Shown: positions 30,046 to 39,081, counted from the stretch's first letter. The stretch: DNA of 42,739 nucleotides from Candidatus Thorarchaeota archaeon (GCA_020348985.1 CP070761.1:2071177-2113915), one strand, 5' to 3'. Notes: generated from the letters alone by a model not told the origin. A program made the numbers and translations.

Positions 30046-30865
30046 ACAGAATCGATTTGGCACGCTCAATTGTATCGGCATCTGCTGGGAAGGGAATTGG
30101 GACAGTTGAATATGCTGTGCTACACGGATTGCCTTTTGCTAGATGGAACAAGATTCTAGGTTTTCCCGATTCGTTCGGGTGGTCCATTTCGATGACATAG
30201 CTTGCGACTGTGGAAAGCAGCTGGTTGGAATCTGGGTGTCTGCACACGCTTGTCTGGCCCGCCTCCTCTCCATGGTCGCTGAGCATATCAAAGACTGCTT
30301 CTGGTTTCACCGTGTTTCGTAGGAGCTCATAGCCCTGTTCAAACCTTCTCACAGAATTCTCATAGAAATCGTCGCCTCGAGCTGTGTCACTACGAAGCGT
30401 CTCCTCGGTATCCAGCATAATGTGGTGCCCTGTTCTGATGACTTTGCGTTCAGACCATTCTATCGAATAATCACTACCTGCGATCTCAATAACCAAGAGT
30501 TTGTCCATGTCTGCCAGAACAACGTTTCCCCATTGGTATTCCCGTCCGCGTTTGAGATGCTCAATTGTCATAGAGAGACCGTCATCTGTGTTCTTGGCAA
30601 ACATCAGAATCTGTTCTGTTAGAATATCATACGTTGGGCTTGGAGACTGACGTACATGGGTATTTGCAGCAGCCAAGCCATAGTGATTCACACCAACGGC
30701 CAAACCTTCGAGCTGACCGGTTGCCATGTTTATGCCTCGTATCCCAAAGCAATCCACATCGTAGAACAAAGTGTCGGCTTGGGTCCGCGATTCAAGGTCT
30801 CTATTCTTGAAGACCAGTGTCTTCTTCGGATCAGAGACAATGACCGCTCCTGCGAGACTCGTCAT
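30038..30865 (-). CDS. Ntn-hydrolase, C45 / isopenicillin-N acyltransferase-like
   Basis: FKNRD, GVNHYGLAAAN, GNVVLAD, NS..R, LSDH, VCRH, TVAS, GNPC. Confidence 0.75.
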   Translation of the reverse strand: MTSLAGAVIVSDPKKTLVFKNRDLESRTQADTLFYDVDCFGIRGINMATGQLEGLAVGVNHYGLAAANTHVRQSPSPTYDILTEQILMFAKNTDDGLSMTIEHLKRGREYQWGNVVLADMDKLLVIEIAGSDYSIEWSERKVIRTGHHIMLDTEETLRSDTARGDDFYENSVRRFEQGYELLRNTVKPEAVFDMLSDHGEEAGQTSVCRHPDSNQLLSTVASYVIEMDHPNESGKPRILFHLAKGNPCSTAYSTVPIPFPADADTIERAKSILFK

Positions 30866-30990
30866 GACGTTCTCACATTCCGGAAATTGTCTTTCGTTAG
30901 GAATGATATAAAGAAATTCAGTAGGTAACGCGCTGGTTACAATACTATATAGCCCAGCGACTCCGTCCTGAGAAGGAGAAGAGATGAGCC

Positions 30991-31791
30991 ATGTTCGATT
31001 CGAAAGCTGTTGAAAGGCTCCTAGAAGAGCTACCTTTCAAACCAGCAGTCATCTTCAAGAAAAGAGTTGATTCCACAAACGCGACGGCCAAACAGATGCT
31101 GCAGGAAGGGGCTGACCATGGCACGATTATTGTGGCTGCAGAGCAGACAAAAGGACGAGGTCGATATGACCGAATCTGGTATTCCCCTCCGAAAGGGCTG
31201 TATATGACGGTTATTCTCAAGCCTCATCTCGACTTCAGGTCATTGGGAGCTTTGAGTCTGCTGGCTGGTTGCGCAGTCGCCGATGCCATTGAAAACACCT
31301 GTGGCACTCCGGTCAAGCTGAAGTGGCCCAATGATGTATTGATGGACAACCAGAAAGTTGCAGGAATACTGAGTGAAGCTGTGATAGGAGATGTTGAAAA
31401 CGGAGGTGTTGTCATCGGTATCGGCATCAACCAGAATACTGAGATCTCAGATTACCCTCCTGAATTGCGAGAACATCTGACGACGATTCTGACTGAGACT
31501 GGCCAAGAAACCTCAAATGAGGAATTGGTTGCATTGGCTGTTATTGGATTGCTGAAGAGGGTCGAATCAGTCGAAGCAAGTGGATCATTTGAGGGCGTTA
31601 TTGATGAATGGAGATCACGCAGCTCGACTCTGAAAACTAGAGTGATTGTGGAGGACGGAGTCAACGTAATAGAAGGTGTAGCAAAGAACGTCGATCAAGA
31701 AGGATCCCTGATTATTGAAACATCCAGCGGAATACTAGAGAAGGTCTCCATAGGAGACGTGACACATTTGCGTTTACCTTCCGACGAGTGA
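30991..31791 (+). CDS. birA: Biotin--protein ligase, monofunctional (no HTH)
   Basis: VDSTN, AEQTKGRGR..R.W.SP, LKWPND, KVAGIL.E, GIGIN, GDV. Confidence 0.95.
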   Translation: MFDSKAVERLLEELPFKPAVIFKKRVDSTNATAKQMLQEGADHGTIIVAAEQTKGRGRYDRIWYSPPKGLYMTVILKPHLDFRSLGALSLLAGCAVADAIENTCGTPVKLKWPNDVLMDNQKVAGILSEAVIGDVENGGVVIGIGINQNTEISDYPPELREHLTTILTETGQETSNEELVALAVIGLLKRVESVEASGSFEGVIDEWRSRSSTLKTRVIVEDGVNVIEGVAKNVDQEGSLIIETSSGILEKVSIGDVTHLRLPSDE

Positions 31792-31792
31792 G

Positions 31793-32659
31793 ATGAATCC
31801 CGTGACTACGACTGTAATCAAGATAAAGCCGGATTTGCTGGCCAAGCTCAAATCTGTGCTGGAAGAAGCTAGGGGCGCTCTGGGAAAACCGGTCACGAAT
31901 CCCTATGAATTCTTCAGGTTTTCGTACATGGGCGCTGAGATTGTAGCTTACACAAGTGGAAAGATTGTTGTGAGCAAGAATCATGGGGCCGAGCTCGTAA
32001 GAGAATCGCTCGCTCATGTTCTGACTGGAGAATCTGATTACGATATCGTCATTGGCTCCGATGAAGCCGGGAAAGGAGAGTGGCTAGGTCCGCTTTGTGT
32101 TGGTGCAGTCGCTTTGAATCCAATACAAGAGAGACTTCTTGTCGGCCTTGGTGTTATGGACAGCAAAGAGATTCCAATCTCCAAGATTCCAGACTTGGCT
32201 CAGACAATTCGGCAGGAGAGCTTGGGTCATTCAACAGTCTTAGTTTCGCCAGAGTCATTCAATTCGAAGCTCACGGATTTCCACAATGAGGGGAAGAATC
32301 TAAATGATCTGTTGGCTTGGGCCCATGCGAAAGCGATTTCCGAAGTCCTAAGTAGACTTACGAAGGCTGATTCGGAGGACCGTATTCGCGTCGTTGTAGA
32401 TGAGTTTGATTCCCACAAGACAGAGTACAGGCTCTCTCGAGTGATAGATCTTGACAGAGTTGACCTCATTCAGAAGCACAATGCCGAGGAAGAGACTCCA
32501 GTTGCTGCGGCAAGCATCATTGCTAGAGACACTCGTGAACAATGGATCGAGAAAACATCTCTTAAGATTGGACTTGACCTACGAGAATTGAGTCTAGAAG
32601 ATGCAAAGAAAAGAGACGACATCATATCCATAGGCAAAACGATGTATCTAGGTCTCTGA
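31793..32659 (+). CDS. rnhC: Ribonuclease HIII (TBP-like N-domain plus type 2 RNase H core)
   Basis: N-domain with YTSGKIVV; GSDEAGKGE..GPL, DSK, VDEF, VAAASIIAR. Confidence 0.82.
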   Translation: MNPVTTTVIKIKPDLLAKLKSVLEEARGALGKPVTNPYEFFRFSYMGAEIVAYTSGKIVVSKNHGAELVRESLAHVLTGESDYDIVIGSDEAGKGEWLGPLCVGAVALNPIQERLLVGLGVMDSKEIPISKIPDLAQTIRQESLGHSTVLVSPESFNSKLTDFHNEGKNLNDLLAWAHAKAISEVLSRLTKADSEDRIRVVVDEFDSHKTEYRLSRVIDLDRVDLIQKHNAEEETPVAAASIIARDTREQWIEKTSLKIGLDLRELSLEDAKKRDDIISIGKTMYLGL

Positions 32660-32730
32660 ACTGAACTTCTCATTACAGAGGCATCAGGATTCCTCATGGT
32701 TTATTAGATGGGTATAGTCGCGCCCGCTTC

Positions 32731-33825
32731 ATGGAAAGCTTGAGTGACACACGAGAATCAGGCCTAAGTCTACTCGATAAGCTTCTACCATTATGGATAC
32801 TCGCGGCAATGGCGCTAGGACTCCTTCTCGGATATTTCATCCCGGGCATTGCTGCCGTGCTAGACGCATGGAGTATCGGAACTGTCTCTCTGCCAATCGC
32901 GGTCTGATTGCTTTGGATGATGTATCCTGTACTTGCCAAAGTCAAGTACGAGGAGCTTGGTCAGCTTCGCGAAGAAAAGAAGATGTTCGGCACTTCCTTG
33001 GTGCTGAATTGGGCTATAGGTCCGGTTCTGATGTTTACACTTGCATGGCTCTTTCTTCCCGATCTTGCCGACTATAGAACAGGGATCATTCTCGTAGGAT
33101 TGGCTCGGTGCATAGCAATGGTGCTTATTTGGAACATGATGGCCGGCGGCTGCAGCGAATCATGTGCGGTCTTGGTCGCAATCAACTCGGTCATGCAGAT
33201 CCTTCTGTATAGCATCGAGGCTTGGTTTTACATCACTGTGCTTCCACCTATACTAGGTTTGGGCGGTGGATCTGTAGTGAACGTTTCAGTTCTGGACATC
33301 GCGATAAGTGTCATAGTCTTCCTGGGGATTCCGCTAGCTGGCGGGATAATTACAAGATTCTCACTGATAAGAAGGAGAGGTAGGGAATGGTACGACACTG
33401 ACTTCGCTCCACGTCTTGGTCCCTCGGCACTAATCGGACTTCTCTTCACCATTGTTGTTATGTTTTCGCTGAAGGGCGATGTGATTCTGTCTCTGCCGCT
33501 AGATGTACTCCGAATCTCTTTACCACTTCTTGCCTACTTCATGCTGATGTTCTTTGTTTCATTTGGGGTTTCACTACTGCTCAAATTCAACTATGACAAG
33601 AACGTCACAATCTCATTCACTGCTGCAAGCAACAACTTCGAGCTGGCTATTGCCGTTGCCATCGGAGTGTTTGGAATAGATTCTGGACAGGCTCTGGCAG
33701 CAGTTGTTGGCCCACTCATCGAAGTACCAGTTCTTGTGGCACTGGTTTACGTGGCACTATGGTTAAAGCGTCGATTCTATGATCGTGTGACTCAAGACTT
33801 CCTCCAAGAAGAAACTGTGGCTTGA
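32731..33825 (+). pseudogene. acr3: ACR3-family arsenite efflux permease with one in-frame TGA at 32905-32907 (pseudogene, split gene or sequence error)
   Basis: MESLSD...LSLLDKLLPLWILAAMALG...SLPIAV-TGA-LLWMMYPVLAKVKY, then GLARCIAMV, SNNFELAIAVA and GPLIEVP. Confidence 0.8.
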
Positions 33826-33925
33826 TTCTTGCTCACTGTAGGAACTGTGAAATCGAAGTACTTCGGACTCTCAGAGTCAAATGCTCGATGCTTCTTGGGC
33901 CCGACCCAATCCTCTCTAATCCGAA

Positions 33926-34612
33926 CTACAGCAACGATGCTTGTTCACTGTCTATGGGTCTTATGCACATGGGGCCCTCATTCTTTGGATTATTCACGTA
34001 GGTTGATACCTCAAAAGCCTCCATCTCATCATCAGAATATGGCTGGAGCATCTGCTGAAGACGATCCAAATCATCCAAGTCAACATCCATCCAAGCTCTC
34101 TCGTCATCACGTCTCAGAATGACAGGCATCCGATTGTGGATGCTCGAGAGAGTCTTGTTTGGCCTGGTTGTAATGATGGCTGTGCTAAGGATTATCTTCT
34201 CGCTTGGCGCCTTCCAGCGTTCATAGATTCCTGCAAGTGCAAAAGGATCTCCAGACTGGAGTCGAATGTTCATTGGCTTCTTCCCCTTCGCAGTCCTCTG
34301 CCACTCGTAGAAGCCCGACGATAGAATGATACAGCGTCTCTTCTTGAAGGCTGGCTTGAATGCCCTCTTCTCGACTAGTGTTTCCGCCCTCGCGTTGATC
34401 ATTCTGTTTCCTATCTTCATGTCCTTCGCCCAGAATGGAACAAGCCCCCAGTGCATTCCTACAAGTCTGACTTTCGGGTCACTGACAGCAACTGCTATCT
34501 TCTGTTGAGGAGCGATATTGTATCGCGGGGTGATTTCGAAGTCAAACTCCTCGATTCCGAATCTCTCTCTGATTGCTTCCTGATGAGATAGGAGGTAAAA
34601 ACGACCACACAT
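33926..34612 (-). CDS. SRAP-family abasic-site protein (HMCES/YedK homolog)
   Basis: N-terminal MCGRF, RYNIAP, WGLVP.W, INARAET, GFYEW, IHNRMPVIL. Confidence 0.95.
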   Translation of the reverse strand: MCGRFYLLSHQEAIRERFGIEEFDFEITPRYNIAPQQKIAVAVSDPKVRLVGMHWGLVPFWAKDMKIGNRMINARAETLVEKRAFKPAFKKRRCIILSSGFYEWQRTAKGKKPMNIRLQSGDPFALAGIYERWKAPSEKIILSTAIITTRPNKTLSSIHNRMPVILRRDDERAWMDVDLDDLDRLQQMLQPYSDDEMEAFEVSTYVNNPKNEGPMCIRPIDSEQASLL

Positions 34613-34711
34613 CGACAGTAGACTGTATTCTTGCAGTAAAAGGATTGAGATTTGGTGCTAGTTCAGTCGAAACATAGAAACACCATGTCCCAATAAGAGA
34701 AGATGAGCTGA

Positions 34712-35539
34712 ATGAGAGAAGGACTTCATTTTGGGACATGTGGGTGGTCCTACATTGGACCCGAAGAGCACGAGTGGGTTGACATCTTCTATACAACCAA
34801 ATCCGAGATTCTAAGACAATACTTCACATACTTCGACATGGTCGAAATCAACACCACATTCTATGGCCCAGCAAAGTCCAATTTCGTGAGTCATCTCGTC
34901 AACGAGGTGGATGATAAGAAGTTCTTCACAGCCAAGATTCCGCATCAGATTACCCATGTCCATCGACTGGACATGAAGACCGAAGCTGGAGTGCTCATGG
35001 AGGAGTTCTTTGATTCCGTGAGACCCCTGGGAGAACGACTTCAGGCTTTGCTTATTCAGTTGCCACCCTGGCCATTGGACAGCATGTCAGACTTGGAGGA
35101 GTTCCTTGTTAATCTCGACAACTCCTTCAGATTCGCAATTGAGTTCAGACATGATAGTTGGCTAACTGATTCGATTATGAGATTGTTAGAAAGATACGAC
35201 ATTTGCAGTGTGATAGTGGATGAACCCAAACTGCCAATCATTCTCGACCTCACCTCAGATTTTGCATATATTCGCTGGCATGGCCACGGAACTGATATCT
35301 GGTACAACTACCTGTATTCGATGGAAGAGCTAAGAGAGTGGCAAGAGCGACTCGAGAGTCTGCTGGAGGAGACAAAGACGGTATTTGGTCTCTTCAACAA
35401 TCACTTCTATGCGAATTCGATTGTCAACGCATTTCAGATGATGGAATTAATGGGAGACATTACACCTTCTCAGAAGGCGAAGTTGGATAGAATGAATGCT
35501 CAGAAGGCAGTTCGTCAGACAAGTATCGAGGACTTCTAG
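34712..35539 (+). CDS. DUF72 (YecE-like) TIM-barrel protein with a C-terminal PIP-box-like motif
   Basis: GTCGWSY, VEINTTFY, AK....ITH, LIQLPP, AIEFRH.SW, YIRWHG, FNNH; ends QTSIEDF. Confidence 0.92.
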   Translation: MREGLHFGTCGWSYIGPEEHEWVDIFYTTKSEILRQYFTYFDMVEINTTFYGPAKSNFVSHLVNEVDDKKFFTAKIPHQITHVHRLDMKTEAGVLMEEFFDSVRPLGERLQALLIQLPPWPLDSMSDLEEFLVNLDNSFRFAIEFRHDSWLTDSIMRLLERYDICSVIVDEPKLPIILDLTSDFAYIRWHGHGTDIWYNYLYSMEELREWQERLESLLEETKTVFGLFNNHFYANSIVNAFQMMELMGDITPSQKAKLDRMNAQKAVRQTSIEDF

Positions 35540-35560
35540 ACTTCCAATGATCATCGGGCC

Positions 35561-35608
35561 TGTTCAATGGTTTGAACACAGGTGTTTCAAACGTAGATTA
35601 TTGTTCAA
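35561..35608. promoter_or_regulatory. Operator-like array of TGTTCAA half-sites
   Basis: TGTTCAA-tggt-TTGAACA perfect inverted repeat, an overlapping GTTTGAA...TTCAAAC repeat and a further TGTTCAA at 35602. Confidence 0.5.
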
Positions 35609-35647
35609 TTGATGCATACTCACCAACATAAAACAACGGTGTTTACT

Positions 35648-36394
35648 ATGAGGGAATACGATACTGGAATGAGCAGAACTCTCTTTGTAGTCATAATTGC
35701 TGCGATTGTCGTTAGTTCTGGTTTCATGATTGCGGCCTTTTGGGCTCCTGACGGCCCAAATGGGCCCACAACTACTCCGCCCACTACAACGCCCACAACT
35801 AGCCCGCCTGGAGGTGGGTACGGTGCTCTAGCCGCGGAATACTTGAACAGCAGACGTGATGATGTAGTCTTCATGTTCACATGCAATAACACGATGGTGA
35901 ATGTAGAGCTCACCGCGCATTATCAGCAGACTGAACCTACAGCCTACGTTGATGGAGTCTACATGAGAAAGGATGGCTCGAGCTATTCCATCGATGTGCT
36001 CTTCGCTCCCTATGACCACAACATAGTTGGCCACGGCGAAATAACTCAAGTTCAGTGGGAGACAATGAGTGGGGCTATAGTGGACGATGGCCTTGCACAG
36101 ATGGCTGATGCTACAACACACCCTGAAAACTGGCCGTCAGAAATGCCCGCGTTCTACGTTTCCATCTACTTCGATGACAATACCTTCTTCTATTTCGGCT
36201 ACACGAGTACTGACGGTTTTGTCTGGATCATGAATGGGACATGGTCGGGCAGCTATAATGAATGGGGTTGGCCTCAAGATACCAGTCATGATTACGAAAA
36301 CGGCCGCTGGCTCGTCGAAGGAGGTCATCTACAGACTCCAATCTCAGTCATGCGAGATACAATCACTGGAGCAGTGTCTTATCCGGAAGGCTGA
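35648..36394 (+). CDS. N-terminally anchored extracellular protein with a Pro/Thr-rich stalk
   Basis: TM helix (LFVVIIAAIVVSSGFMIAAFW), GPTTTPPTTTPTTSPP linker, aromatic and acidic domain. Start is 35648 or 35669. Confidence 0.82.
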   Translation: MREYDTGMSRTLFVVIIAAIVVSSGFMIAAFWAPDGPNGPTTTPPTTTPTTSPPGGGYGALAAEYLNSRRDDVVFMFTCNNTMVNVELTAHYQQTEPTAYVDGVYMRKDGSSYSIDVLFAPYDHNIVGHGEITQVQWETMSGAIVDDGLAQMADATTHPENWPSEMPAFYVSIYFDDNTFFYFGYTSTDGFVWIMNGTWSGSYNEWGWPQDTSHDYENGRWLVEGGHLQTPISVMRDTITGAVSYPEG

Positions 36395-36454
36395 AGAATA
36401 GTTTAGTACATACCCGAGGCATTGGCAACAATGTCGTCGGGTACGTGCTAGGCC

Positions 36455-36904
36455 GTGTTGAGCGACGAGGAATACAAAGAGAAAGTAGAGTCTCTTCTCA
36501 AGGGCAAGACTATGAGCGTCTATGCTCTCTTGCTCACCCAAGGCCAAATGGGGGTTCGAGAAATATCCCGTGCGCTTCGCTTCTCGAGTCCCAGTCTAGC
36601 ACTACACCATCTAACGAAACTAGTCGATTCGGACCTTGTTGAGAAGGATGCTCACGGAGAGTACTCAGTCAAGCGGACAGTCCGAGTTGGCTCAATGTCA
36701 TTATTCGTTCAGCTCGGAAAGTGGCTCTTACCGCGCTTCATATTCTTGGCCACGATGTTTGGAGTCATGCTTCTACTGTACTGTGCATTCTTTCTAAGTT
36801 GGCCTCCAGAAGGAAAAGACATCATGTTTCTATCTGTCTGCGTAGCTGCTATTGTCGTGATAATCAATGAAAGCAGGAAGACCTGGCTTCTCAGGCCATT
36901 CTGA
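36455..36904 (+). CDS. ArsR-like winged-HTH protein with two C-terminal TM helices
   Basis: LKGKTMSVY.LLL...MGVREISRALRFSSPSLALHHL.KL...LVEK...GEY, followed by two hydrophobic helices. Confidence 0.85.
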   Translation: MLSDEEYKEKVESLLKGKTMSVYALLLTQGQMGVREISRALRFSSPSLALHHLTKLVDSDLVEKDAHGEYSVKRTVRVGSMSLFVQLGKWLLPRFIFLATMFGVMLLLYCAFFLSWPPEGKDIMFLSVCVAAIVVIINESRKTWLLRPF

Positions 36905-36956
36905 AAAGAAAACGAAGACCCAAGAATCAGATTGTATTGGATTCTGATCCTTGGGT
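36904..36956 (-). terminator. Long inverted repeat between convergent genes, with a T-tract on the minus strand
   Basis: ACCCAAGAATCAGA (36918-36931) pairs with TCTGATCCTTGGGT (36943-36956); the minus strand continues CTTCGTTTTCTTTT. Confidence 0.6.
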
Positions 36957-36983
36957 TAGCATCTCAGTTGATTCGAGAGTGTG

Positions 36984-37166
36984 CTAGAGCTTGGCCTCAT
37001 AGTCGTTCATGTGTTCCTCGCTGCAAAACTGGTAGCTCTTGCCTTCGACCTCCAGTTGGTAGTGTCCGCCCGGCTTCATTCTCCCTCCACATTCATCACA
37101 AGTAATGTCTAGTCTCTGTGCTTTCTCTCCAAGAACTTTTACGAACTTCTTGATTCTCTCAGCCAT
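36984..37166 (-). CDS. Small TRASH/YHS-type metal-binding protein (60 aa)
   Basis: CDECG...EGKSYQFCSEEH; GAGGAG SD before ATG 37166. Confidence 0.78.
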   Translation of the reverse strand: MAERIKKFVKVLGEKAQRLDITCDECGGRMKPGGHYQLEVEGKSYQFCSEEHMNDYEAKL

Positions 37167-37257
37167 TGTTACGTCTCCTCGCAATCCGTCTCCCTGACTT
37201 CAAGGAATGGATTGAGTGAATCTCATTGGTATTGCTTGCTGATAAACTAACTGCCAG

Positions 37258-37767
37258 TCAAACTGAGACGAGATATACCCAGTGCCCCCACAATTCTTCA
37301 GTATGGGCAGTCGCAACGCCCGCAACGGGGCTTGTATGATTTGTTAAAACAGGACGTAGTGGATTCCACGGTGCGACTACTACATAGCCGCCGACTGCAA
37401 GTATCAAATTCTCTGATGCCCCGTCTTGGAACTTGACAGTGAAATGAGCATTATATGGAAGGTCTGTAACTCCCTGATCAGGGTAGAACCAATGGTGGAA
37501 AGTGAATTCGACTCCTTGGAAAGTGACGGTGAACGTCTGATTGTCATTATAGTCGTACTTCTGACTTGCTACGAAGAATTGGTTAGCTTCTTCTATCCAA
37601 ACAGTCTGAGGGACAAATTGGGAAATAATCACAAAACCCACAGCGACCAGAGCTATCAATGCTGTTGCAGCAATTGCTCGTCTGTCCACCATCCCTCCTA
37701 ATCCTCCAGCAGACTTCTCTTCTTTCGTTTCAAAGCTCGAAGGACGTGAACTCCAGATGTAATCCAT
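37258..37767 (-). CDS. Single-TM hypothetical protein with a beta-rich domain
   Basis: TM helix AIAATALIALVAVGFVII. The start may be 37692 or 37689, behind AGGAGG. Confidence 0.7.
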   Translation of the reverse strand: MDYIWSSRPSSFETKEEKSAGGLGGMVDRRAIAATALIALVAVGFVIISQFVPQTVWIEEANQFFVASQKYDYNDNQTFTVTFQGVEFTFHHWFYPDQGVTDLPYNAHFTVKFQDGASENLILAVGGYVVVAPWNPLRPVLTNHTSPVAGVATAHTEELWGHWVYLVSV

Positions 37768-37847
37768 GACATCAGGATATATGGATTCGCATATTTCATT
37801 CAGAATTAGCCACTATTTGCAGGCTTCGTTCAATTCTGTGGTAAGAA

Positions 37848-38126
37848 TTGGGACAATTCCTTCAAGAAAGAGAAACTAGCCGAGAAATGAAGACGTACTT
37901 GGCGGCGAAAATGGGTTACCGCACCACATCAAACCCAGACAAGTTGTCGGCAGAAGAAATACTCGATTGGATCAGATTCTGTCCTGTCTGTGGTACTTCT
38001 TGGCCTAAGAGAAAGCAGCTTTGTGATAATCCTGACTGCGGGGTCAAGGTCCGAGTTGAGCCCCGTGCCTACAACTGGTGGATGTTCTACCCAAGACACA
38101 ATTCATGGGCCCATCTGAGAGAATGA
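37848..38126 (+). CDS. Small zinc-finger protein
   Basis: CPVC...CDNPDC followed by KVRVEPR. The start may be ATG 37887. Confidence 0.62.
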   Translation: MGQFLQERETSREMKTYLAAKMGYRTTSNPDKLSAEEILDWIRFCPVCGTSWPKRKQLCDNPDCGVKVRVEPRAYNWWMFYPRHNSWAHLRE

Positions 38127-38201
38127 ACATACCTTGACGATTCAGCATAACATAGCTCTATACCAGCTCTTAATAGGCCCTCAACTGAAGAGGCACTCAA
38201 C

Positions 38202-39059
38202 ATGTCCCGCACACCTTACATGAAAGACGGCAAGTACCTAGTAGGCAAGGTTCGAGCTGTGAACGACCTCAAGATATCCATTGAAGAATCGGTGGAACTG
38301 ATTGGTGGTTTTGCCAAGGTCATCAACGAAGGCGACACAGTCACAATAAAGCCAAACCTGAATACCGCTGATCCTTGTCCTGCATGCAGTGACTCAGAGT
38401 TCATTCGTGCTTTAGGTGAGGCCATTTATGATGCAGGCGCGTCGAAGTTGAAAATCACTGATAGTTCCACTATGATGGCAACAACAAGTGATGTGGCACA
38501 GAAGGCAGGCATCTCAGCAATAGCAGACGATCTCGATGCAGAGCTCGTCTTTCTTGACGAGCATCCTTGGGTCAAGACGAAGTTTCCGCGAGGGAAATAT
38601 CTCAAATCGGGATCAATAGGCGCGCCGCTTAAGGATAGGGGCAAACTGGTTCTTGCACCGTGTCTCAAGACTCACTTCCTTGCAAGATTCACAGCAAGTA
38701 TGAAGTTGTTCGTGGGCTGGATACGTCACAGAGAAAGAATCAGGATGCACACCAGGAAGCTCGAAGAGAAGATTGCGGACTTGGCATCATTCTTTGAACC
38801 AGATCTGATAGTCATGGACGCACGAAGATGCTTCGTCACAGGTGGTCCATCTTCAGGAGACGTAGAGGAGCCTGGTCTCATCCTAGCTAGCGGTGACATG
38901 GTTTCTATTGACGTTACAGGAGTTCGCATTCTGCAGAGCTTTGGTGCGAAAAACAAGCTGAACATGAATGTCTGGGATCTGCCCCAGATTCGACACGCAG
39001 TTGATTTGGAGGTTGGTGCCAAGTCCGACGATGAGATTCTTGTTGTCGAATCCGAATGA
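38202..39059 (+). CDS. DUF362-family protein
   Basis: GDTVTIKPNL, PCLKTH...FTASMK, IADL....PDLIVMD, GP, ILASGD.V.ID. Confidence 0.85.
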   Translation: MSRTPYMKDGKYLVGKVRAVNDLKISIEESVELIGGFAKVINEGDTVTIKPNLNTADPCPACSDSEFIRALGEAIYDAGASKLKITDSSTMMATTSDVAQKAGISAIADDLDAELVFLDEHPWVKTKFPRGKYLKSGSIGAPLKDRGKLVLAPCLKTHFLARFTASMKLFVGWIRHRERIRMHTRKLEEKIADLASFFEPDLIVMDARRCFVTGGPSSGDVEEPGLILASGDMVSIDVTGVRILQSFGAKNKLNMNVWDLPQIRHAVDLEVGAKSDDEILVVESE

Positions 39060-39081
39060 GGGCACGAAGGTCTAGGTCGTG

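Noticed and set aside
33826-33925. Possible SECIS after acr3 (GTGAA..., palindrome CGAAGTACTTCG, GACTC/GAGTC)
   Set aside because: I could not build a tandem G-A kink-turn core with a continuous upper stem, and the TGA is at a Gly position.
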